NCBI GenBank assembly: GCA_015055815.1
Contig: SVHM01000002.1
Location: 172,296-236,295 of the forward strand
DNA length: 64,000 nucleotides
Reading direction: 5' to 3'
Origin: Clostridiales bacterium
Lineage (GTDB): Bacteria; Bacillota; Clostridia; Christensenellales; UBA1242
How positions within the stretch are numbered: position 1 is the stretch's first letter; every line of letters starts with the position of its first letter. A program made the translations under genes and the position numbers. The notes below the pieces were generated by a model. That model saw nothing but the letters and a program-made list of their open reading frames with translations. It did no database searches and was not told where the DNA came from. Positions 57,386 to 64,000 of this stretch are shown in pieces.

Positions 57386-58618
57386 GTTGTTATTAGGTCT
57401 TTTTACTCTTTCCATAACCAAGTCGTTATCGTTTATCATATCGGGAGTTTGTTCATGTAAACTTTCAAGCCCCCTACTTTCAGCCAAAAGAAGTTTAATT
57501 CTCCTTATACACTGGTCCGATTTAATAGGCAAACCCTGCGTATTTGCTGGGCTTTCATTTGTAAGTAGCGCTGAAACAATTTCTCTCGCATTCCAATGCT
57601 CACCATAGCCATTTAAATCTTGTTGCAACTGTTCTATATTGAAGCCTTGTCCACTTTTTACTTGACCTTCAATTGAATCTAGCATTCTTTCAAAAATACC
57701 CCTACCTTCTTCGCCAAAAGCCATATCCGTTCTGCTTGCATCATCATCTTTCATAACGTTGCTATCTTTTGTGTTGCTATATACAAAGGAATCATGCCAT
57801 GCTTGCGCCATCTGCGCTTCAGCGATTAATTTTTTATCATTAAGAACTTTTTGAGTTTCAGTATCAACAACAACCAATTCATTATTGATTATTTTTAACT
57901 TATACTTTTCATAAGCTTGTTTCATTTTGTCAAAGTTAAAATACTCATCATTGACAGCATTTTCCATTTCAGAATGAGACATCATCTTTTCTCTAACACC
58001 TTCAGTCATATTATTTGACAAAGCTGTTATTTTCTCTTCTGTAGCATCAGGAGCAGTTGAATGTAGGGTTTCCATTTTAGCACCCGACGTCATCTCTTCT
58101 ACCTTTTCACCTTCTTGTGAATGTTCAGTCACCGCAACCAAAGGAACAGTTACAGGCTCACCGTTTACCAAAATATCATGGTTAACCAGCATGCCTTCTT
58201 CTTCAACAAATCCCTTTTGCTTTAAATAATCGACATGAAAATCGTGACCATTTGTTTCAAATTCAATAAGATTACCATTTACTTTAAATGACATTTCAGG
58301 ATTTGCCATTTGCATTTCATACAAAACATCTCCCGGTGTTAGAATTTTCTCTAAATGTTTAAACTCACACTTAATCTCTTCAATAACCTTATCGTCACTA
58401 TAAACAAATCCACGACCTTGCTCAAACTTCCAGTTATCCGGAAACTTTACCTTTTCTCCATTTTTATGGAATATATTAGTAGATACTATTACTTTATGTT
58501 TAGTATCTTCTTCTTTAGACGCAACAATATCTTTTTCTTTAAAAGAATTTTTCTTTATAAACTCTTTAACAAACTTATCAACCTTTTTATTAAATTCATT
58601 TATTTTTTTATCAGCCAT
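57383..58618 (-). CDS. hypothetical protein (411 aa)
   Basis: Track ORF starts at 58654. The Met at 58618 (MADKKINEF) has an AAGGAAA RBS. No motif recognised. Confidence 0.6.
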   Translation of the reverse strand: MADKKINEFNKKVDKFVKEFIKKNSFKEKDIVASKEEDTKHKVIVSTNIFHKNGEKVKFPDNWKFEQGRGFVYSDDKVIEEIKCEFKHLEKILTPGDVLYEMQMANPEMSFKVNGNLIEFETNGHDFHVDYLKQKGFVEEEGMLVNHDILVNGEPVTVPLVAVTEHSQEGEKVEEMTSGAKMETLHSTAPDATEEKITALSNNMTEGVREKMMSHSEMENAVNDEYFNFDKMKQAYEKYKLKIINNELVVVDTETQKVLNDKKLIAEAQMAQAWHDSFVYSNTKDSNVMKDDDASRTDMAFGEEGRGIFERMLDSIEGQVKSGQGFNIEQLQQDLNGYGEHWNAREIVSALLTNESPANTQGLPIKSDQCIRRIKLLLAESRGLESLHEQTPDMINDNDLVMERVKRPNNN

Positions 58619-58676
58619 AACAAATTTCCTTATTTTTTCTTGATTGTACCACATATAATCCGAATATCAAAACATT

Positions 58677-60971
58677 TTAACACAATTGAATTGCACGTAT
58701 ACAAATTACTGTCATATCATCTTTTGAAACATTTCCAGATAGTTCCAACGCCCTATTCAAAATTTTGTCACTTAAACTTTGCGGATTAACACAATCTTGA
58801 TGAATAACAAATGATTGTAAATTATCTCCAAAACAGTCAAATATTCCATCAGACACAATTACAACAATATCCATAGGAGAAATAAGTTTCCTAGTGATAT
58901 GCGGTTTTATATTTTCTAATATACCAACTGGCAAACCACTATTCTCAACTTCTTCTACATCACCACCATCTCTAAAAATAAAACTTTTACAACCACCCAA
59001 TTTAATAAAATCATAATACCCATTACTGCCATCAAAAACACACAAATCTATAGTAGAGTAATTCTCTTCTTCGTTAAGACTTAAAAGCTTATTTATGGTA
59101 TTTAAAATTACATCATTTTCAAAGCCTGCTTTATAAAATTTTTCAATCAAAGAAATTGTTAAAGCACTTATTTTATTTGCCCTATCACCACTACCCATCC
59201 CATCACACAAAGACACCATAAATTTGCCGTTATCAATCTTCATAATTGAATGACTATCACCACATAATTTTTTGGATAATTTATTAACTTTTGATATCCC
59301 GTATACAATATCAAACTTTGGCGAATTTATAAGAGTTAAATACATACACTCATGTATATCCGATTGCACAGACGACACAATGCACATTTTTGTTTTAAAT
59401 ATCTTCGTGACAACATGTTCAATATTTTTGACATTTATTGTATTGTTTGTGACAATTAAATTAACTTCCGTTTTATTGCTATTTACATAATACACAAAGC
59501 ATTCATGGCAAACTATATTTTTATATGCCAACTCTTCAATTATTCTTTCTGATATTTTTGTATTATTATTTAATGTTACATTCATGTCATTTTTTAATGT
59601 AGAAAGAACAGAACTTATACCAGATAATTGGTCGGCAATTATAAGCCTACTTGAATCTAAATTATTAACAGCTTTTTCATAATCTTTATAGCTAGCAATT
59701 ATATTATTAAGATAATCAATAAGACTATTAACTTTAACACAATTAGTCGAAAAAAATTGTGGCAAATCTACAAGTAATATTTTATTTTTTTCATAAGCAA
59801 TATCAACTATTGTGCTAAACGAATTATTTGCAAAGCTTCCACTTTTTCTAAAGCAATTATTGTAGTTTATACAATCTTTACACACATATGAAACAACTTC
59901 TTCTTTAAGCATTTCTTTTGCTGAATCTTTTGGCAAAGTTCCCCTTACCATATCTTTATACACATCTTTCATTTCATCAAATATAGCACCCAGTTCTTCT
60001 ACTTTGCCTATAACTTTTTTCTTGGCATTTTCTAGAATATCACTTATTATTATTTTTTCATTTGAGTTTATAATCATTTCAAGTTTTGAAAGTTTTTTCT
60101 TAGGTATTAAAATAAACGCAAGCCCGCCAATTATAATACTTATAATCTCTCCCCACGAAAGCCCACAACCAAAGACTAGACAAAATATAATGTAACCCAA
60201 TACATACGATACACACGAATATATTCTATAAGTATTTTTAAATATAATCGCACAAATTGACAAACATACAAAAAGAGATATAAACATGCTATTTGTCGAA
60301 TTTATAGAAAACGATATTCCAATTATCGAAGAAAGCAATATAGTTGTTGAAATGGGAAAGATATAATTTGAAATAAGGATAATTATCGTTGCAAAAATAA
60401 ATCCCAAATTTATAATAGATATATTTGTATAAGCCATACCCATTATAAAAATAACAAGCATAACACATCCACAAATCTTCTCATCAACATTCAGTTTAGT
60501 TATAAAACCCCTATGCACAACCGCATCTAAAAAAGACAAACTTACATATAAAAATAAAATTGATAATACTATAGATACAAGTATTGCAAGATTTACTTTT
60601 CCACTTCCTACATTCGTTAATATAAAAAAGATTTGGGATACAAGGCTCAAAACAAATATTTGCCATTTTTTAAATGTCTTTTTCTTTTTGTCTTTTAGCA
60701 TTTGAGATAGAATTAACACTGCAACAACATTTAATGCAACCAAAAAAGAATTAAATGTAAGCCCCGCTAAAACATACGACACAACATACACTAAGCCTAA
60801 AACATACCCATTAAAGTTAATATAAAACAAAGCAAATATCAACCCCACACCAAACGGAAGTAAGGGAGCATAATAAACATGAACGTTACTTATTCCGTAT
60901 AATATAATGGCAATTCCAATATATATAAGTATATTAATTTTTTTACTTTCTTTACTACAACTGATTTTCAT
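58677..60971 (-). CDS. spoIIE: stage II sporulation protein E (polytopic membrane domain + PP2C phosphatase)
   Basis: About 10 N-terminal TM helices. C-terminal CGDSHSIMKIDNGKFMVSLCDGMGSGDRA and VSDGIFD PP2C motifs. 764 aa. Confidence 0.85.
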   Translation of the reverse strand: MKISCSKESKKINILIYIGIAIILYGISNVHVYYAPLLPFGVGLIFALFYINFNGYVLGLVYVVSYVLAGLTFNSFLVALNVVAVLILSQMLKDKKKKTFKKWQIFVLSLVSQIFFILTNVGSGKVNLAILVSIVLSILFLYVSLSFLDAVVHRGFITKLNVDEKICGCVMLVIFIMGMAYTNISIINLGFIFATIIILISNYIFPISTTILLSSIIGISFSINSTNSMFISLFVCLSICAIIFKNTYRIYSCVSYVLGYIIFCLVFGCGLSWGEIISIIIGGLAFILIPKKKLSKLEMIINSNEKIIISDILENAKKKVIGKVEELGAIFDEMKDVYKDMVRGTLPKDSAKEMLKEEVVSYVCKDCINYNNCFRKSGSFANNSFSTIVDIAYEKNKILLVDLPQFFSTNCVKVNSLIDYLNNIIASYKDYEKAVNNLDSSRLIIADQLSGISSVLSTLKNDMNVTLNNNTKISERIIEELAYKNIVCHECFVYYVNSNKTEVNLIVTNNTINVKNIEHVVTKIFKTKMCIVSSVQSDIHECMYLTLINSPKFDIVYGISKVNKLSKKLCGDSHSIMKIDNGKFMVSLCDGMGSGDRANKISALTISLIEKFYKAGFENDVILNTINKLLSLNEEENYSTIDLCVFDGSNGYYDFIKLGGCKSFIFRDGGDVEEVENSGLPVGILENIKPHITRKLISPMDIVVIVSDGIFDCFGDNLQSFVIHQDCVNPQSLSDKILNRALELSGNVSKDDMTVICIRAIQLC

Positions 60972-61026
60972 AAATTATCCTACTTTTTATATTTAATTTT
61001 ACCAATCAACAAGCGAAAATTTTAAG

Positions 61027-61066
61027 AAAAAAAACCACAAAAGAAATTGTTTCTTTGTAGTTTTTT
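61027..61066. terminator. weak AT-rich hairpin terminator after helD
   Basis: CACAAAAGAAA-ttg-TTTCTTTGTAG imperfect stem flanked by A8 and T6. Confidence 0.4.
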
Positions 61067-61084
61067 GTTGTTTTAAAAGTTTTA

Positions 61085-63139
61085 TTAATTTTGTCTATTA
61101 ATTATAAGCTTATGTAACGCTCTAGTTTTTGCCACATACAATAACTTTAAATCATTAGCACTTTCAGTATAACTATTTTCATCATACAATATTACCGAGT
61201 CAAACTCTAGTCCTTTTGCCGTCTGCACTGTTAATATTATAACTTTATCATTTTCATAATTTAAATTGCTTTCGTCCAAAACTACCATATTCAAATTTGC
61301 CAATTTTTCACACGCAACTTTTAATTCGTCATCATCTTTACAAATAATAGCTGTTTTTGAATAACTTTCATTTAATCTTTGAACTTCATCTTTTATTATT
61401 TCAAACGAATTACCACTCACATATTCAACTTCTTCTCCATGCCTTACCACGTTATCTGCTGGCGGAATACCCAACTTTGCAAGTGTCAAATTAGCACTTT
61501 CCATAATTTCAATTGTCGTTCTGTAACTTCTCTTCAGATAAAGAAGTGAACTTTCTTTAATAATATTTTGCACATCACTCCAATCATCAATTGACTGATA
61601 TGAGTATATACCTTGTGCCACATCTCCAAATATAGAGAATGTCGCATTTGGAAATAATTTAGTAAATGCCATATACATAAGCGACGACAAATCTTGAGCT
61701 TCATCAATAAATACAACTTTTAATTTTTGATAGTATGGAAAATTTACAAACCTTGCATACAGATATAATATTGGAGCCAAATCATCATAAGCAATAATTT
61801 TTTTCTTTAAATTACCCAAAGTTGATTTTTTTAATAAATCAATATTTTCATTATCAGTAAACTTCTCAATATTCTTTATAAAATCTTCATACACTTTAAA
61901 TATATTGAAGTTCTCTTTAACATTTTTTAAATATGCAACATTTCCACTCTCAATTTTTCTTTTTAATTCAAATTTCTTATGAATATCAATGTCAGCATTA
62001 TCTATATTAGACATAGCAATCTTTTTTATTTTTTCATCATACTGAAGAGCAAGCGCCAATTTCTTTGCACCATTTGTTATAATATTTGACACTATTATAT
62101 CTTTATTATAATCAAAATACTTAAGCATTGTTTCTTTATCTAGTATCTTTACCGACTTAAATACCAAATCTTTACAAATATTATTTTTACAATAGTACTC
62201 AATGTACCTTTCAAGAATTTTAACAAATTCAAGAGAGTTTTTAAATTTCAAATAATCTATAGGCTGGCGATTTTTCATAAGTCTTGCATACTCATGATGC
62301 TTTGAAAGAATTTTGTATTCATTACCCAATATATCTGTAAACAATTTGTTTAATGAATAGCTATTTGATTTATCCGCATCCAAATCAACTAAAATATTTG
62401 AAATATAACTCATAAAAATATCATTTGGAGATAGTATCAAAAACTCTTCAGGCTTAACAGATTTTTTGTAATTGTAAATAAGATAAGAAAGTCTATGCAG
62501 TGCAACCGTTGTTTTACCCGAACCAGCAACACCCTGAACAATAACATTTTGAAAGACGGGAAGTCTTATTATTTTATTTTGTTCTTCTTGTATGGTTGAT
62601 ACAATATTTTTCAGTCTATTATCGGCACTTTGTGTAAGATAGGGCTTTAAGAAATCATCATTTGTAACCGCCTCTTCAAAATCAAATATGGAATTTACTT
62701 TGCCTTCTTTTATATCAATTTGCCTTTTTAATTTCAAATCAACAGAATATTCTTTGCCATGTGCTGAATATGTACTATTTCCTATTCTACCATTATAATA
62801 AAGGTCTGAAATAGGAGCTCGCCAGTCAACAATTTTTTCATCTGATGGAGATGAGACTTCACCAATACTCAATCTTCCAATATACCCGTTAAACTTCATC
62901 CCATCATTATTATCTTCAAAAATTAATTTAGCAAAGTATGGCTCATTAAAATGTCTTTTATATATTTCCAGTTTTTCGTCAATATCTTCAATCAGTTTTT
63001 CTCTCTCAATATTAAAGCCGTTATCCGTTTCAATTGGCATGTCTAAAGCCCGCTCTCTATCTTCTAGCAATTCTCTATGATAGTTTTCAAACATTTCCTT
63101 TAGCACTTCAAATTTCTTTTTCTCGTATTCTAATCCCAT
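61085..63139 (-). CDS. helD: HelD-like UvrD-family helicase (helicase IV type, RNAP-associated)
   Basis: N-terminal YFAKLIF...YIGRLSI...IVDWRAPISDLYY. Walker A GVAGSGKTT, VFIDEAQD, YRTT, QTAKGLEFDSVIL, YVAKTRALHKL. Start moved to 63139 (AAGGAGGG RBS). Confidence 0.8.
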   Translation of the reverse strand: MGLEYEKKKFEVLKEMFENYHRELLEDRERALDMPIETDNGFNIEREKLIEDIDEKLEIYKRHFNEPYFAKLIFEDNNDGMKFNGYIGRLSIGEVSSPSDEKIVDWRAPISDLYYNGRIGNSTYSAHGKEYSVDLKLKRQIDIKEGKVNSIFDFEEAVTNDDFLKPYLTQSADNRLKNIVSTIQEEQNKIIRLPVFQNVIVQGVAGSGKTTVALHRLSYLIYNYKKSVKPEEFLILSPNDIFMSYISNILVDLDADKSNSYSLNKLFTDILGNEYKILSKHHEYARLMKNRQPIDYLKFKNSLEFVKILERYIEYYCKNNICKDLVFKSVKILDKETMLKYFDYNKDIIVSNIITNGAKKLALALQYDEKIKKIAMSNIDNADIDIHKKFELKRKIESGNVAYLKNVKENFNIFKVYEDFIKNIEKFTDNENIDLLKKSTLGNLKKKIIAYDDLAPILYLYARFVNFPYYQKLKVVFIDEAQDLSSLMYMAFTKLFPNATFSIFGDVAQGIYSYQSIDDWSDVQNIIKESSLLYLKRSYRTTIEIMESANLTLAKLGIPPADNVVRHGEEVEYVSGNSFEIIKDEVQRLNESYSKTAIICKDDDELKVACEKLANLNMVVLDESNLNYENDKVIILTVQTAKGLEFDSVILYDENSYTESANDLKLLYVAKTRALHKLIINRQN

Positions 63140-63170
63140 AATTCCCTCCTTTATATTTGTGAAAAGCATC

Positions 63171-63211
63171 AAAAAAGGCTGACATCTAAGTTACCCTAGA
63201 ATATCAGCCTT
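63171..63211 (-). terminator. strong intrinsic terminator located inside the helD leader (candidate attenuator)
   Basis: Minus strand: AAGGCTGATAT-(15-nt loop)-ATGTCAGCCTT (11 bp, one G-U) followed by TTTTTT. Ends 31 nt before the helD ATG. Confidence 0.65.
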
Positions 63212-63292
63212 GTTGGTATTAAGTTCTGTAGCGTTACAAATATTTGTAACTAAATTATTAAGCTTATGTCGATACAAACTATATACTTTCAT
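63191..63292 (-). promoter_or_regulatory. candidate 33-codon leader ORF (MKVYSLYRHKLNNLVTNICNATELNTNKADILG)
   Basis: GAGAGG 3 nt upstream of the ATG at 63292. Its last codons encode the 5' arm of the terminator, and its TAA lies in the terminator loop. Contains the perfect 18-nt palindrome GTTACAAATATTTGTAAC (63233-63250). Confidence 0.3.
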
Positions 63293-63318
63293 ACGCCTCT
63301 CACATAAATAATAGATAC

Positions 63319-63347
63319 ATTTTATCACATTAAATAACTATTGTCAA
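63319..63347 (-). promoter_or_regulatory. sigma-A-type promoter with extended -10 at the head of the helD leader
   Basis: Minus strand: TTGACA (63347-63342), 17-nt spacer ending TGa, TAAAAT (63324-63319). Confidence 0.5.
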
Positions 63348-63373
63348 CTATTTTTGTTAAAAACAATTAAATT

Positions 63374-63766
63374 TTACAATAAATTAAGTATGACAAATAA
63401 AACACCAACACTTGCAAAAAGCACTCCTTGTATTATAGATAGAATTATAAATAGCACATCAGGCATCTTTTTTCTATACACAATAAACAATACATTTAAA
63501 ACTGAAAGTACAGCCAAACCAATTCCCCAATAAATCTCTTTGCACAAAAATGCAATTAGAGTAGCAAGCAACAATACACCAGTACTAACAAAGCAAATAT
63601 TCATCCACTTAATATTTTCTTCAGCCTCAGCCTTTTCCCTATTTACTTCTTTAACAGCATCTTTTACAACTTCTTTTGAAGTGACTTTTTCTTCTTTCTT
63701 TATTTCTTTAAGAACTTCTTCTTTTAATTTTTTCTTGCTTTCTTCATCTAAATCTTCTAGTTTCAT
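63374..63766 (-). CDS. small membrane protein (130 aa) with charged N-terminal helix
   Basis: Track ORF starts at 63877. The Met at 63766 (MKLEDLDEESKKK) has an AAGGGGAGAA RBS. Three C-terminal hydrophobic helices. Confidence 0.55.
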   Translation of the reverse strand: MKLEDLDEESKKKLKEEVLKEIKKEEKVTSKEVVKDAVKEVNREKAEAEENIKWMNICFVSTGVLLLATLIAFLCKEIYWGIGLAVLSVLNVLFIVYRKKMPDVLFIILSIIQGVLFASVGVLFVILNLL

Positions 63767-63851
63767 ATTTCTCCCCTTGACATATTTAAAGTATAACACA
63801 TGTAAGAACGTTTGCCAACTTACACAAAAACCGACATATAAAGCAAAATTA

Positions 63852-64000
63852 TTATATAAAATTATGAATAAATGCATAAGTTGACAATATCAAAATTAAC
63901 AAAACATCTATAACACTACATATAAGTGTTAAAATAGCATGTTTAAGTACAAGCGCAACAAAATGCACCGCTAGAATAACTCCCACCACATACATACCTT
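63852..64000 (-). CDS. C-terminal fragment of a membrane protein (ORF enters from beyond the window end)
   Basis: Manual translation ...GMYVVGVILAVHFVALVLKHAILTLICSVIDVLLILILSTYAFIHNFI, stop at 63854..63852. Confidence 0.35.
   Translation of the reverse strand, partial: GMYVVGVILAVHFVALVLKHAILTLICSVIDVLLILILSTYAFIHNFI

Noticed and set aside
63767-63877. N-terminal extensions of track ORFs (63374..63877, 61085..63172, 57383..58654, 25121..29899, 15161..16156, 13957..15066, 574..1359)
   Set aside because: In each case an internal Met has a clear SD at proper spacing and gives a sensible N-terminus (signal peptide, conserved start). The 63877 extension also overlaps the end of the next minus-strand ORF.
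1-64000. CRISPR arrays, IS elements/transposases, rRNA, riboswitch or T-box leaders
   Set aside because: I saw no regularly spaced short repeats, no transposase-like ORFs with terminal inverted repeats, and no rRNA-like conserved stretches. No leader carries a conserved riboswitch or T-box core that I can recognise by eye. Absence calls made by eye are not definitive.

Overview
AT-rich (about 30% GC by eye), gene-dense Firmicutes/Clostridia-like chromosome segment; spoIIE marks an endospore-forming lineage. All homology calls come from motifs I recognise in the supplied translations. No searches were run.

Most of the window is housekeeping:
- sufC/sufBD-like pair, rluA-family synthase, prsA-like lipoprotein
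- mfd, pth, a truncated glmU-like gene, tadA, rlmH
- two CPBP proteases, htrA-like protease, yycJ-like MBL hydrolase, DJ-1
- uvrC, rumA/rlmD-like methyltransferase, ABC-F ATPase, rsmB/F-like, DHH, trmH-like
- dnaI/dnaB(Bsu-type)-like, sbcD/sbcC-like, spoIIE, helD-like
- two tRNA-Thr genes (GGU, CGU)

Accessory content:
1. A two-gene operon (about 10.4 kb) for giant surface proteins (1880 aa MBG-repeat protein; about 1576 aa CarboxypepD_reg-like repeat protein), next to a divergent membrane-tethered XRE regulator.
2. An integrase-less island (31.0-37.3 kb) just downstream of tRNA-Thr(GGU). It carries a 94-aa + 643-aa (PIN-like N-terminus) pair convergent with a MoxR-type AAA+ (836 aa, unusual N- and C-terminal extensions) plus an HExxH-peptidase/VWA protein. 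This is my best candidate for an undescribed system.
3. A GLUG-motif lipoprotein and several hypotheticals.

Non-coding observations:
- Two structured mini-inserts, each about 44% GC, flanked by perfect 25-bp and 23-bp direct repeats. They sit at two classic integration targets: the tRNA 3' end and the rumA 3' end. The rumA insert displaces a gene tail that is still ATGA-coupled to the next ORF.
- A promoter / 33-codon uORF / intrinsic terminator arrangement in front of helD, which looks like a translation-coupled attenuator.

No CRISPR array, IS element, integrase or rRNA was seen.
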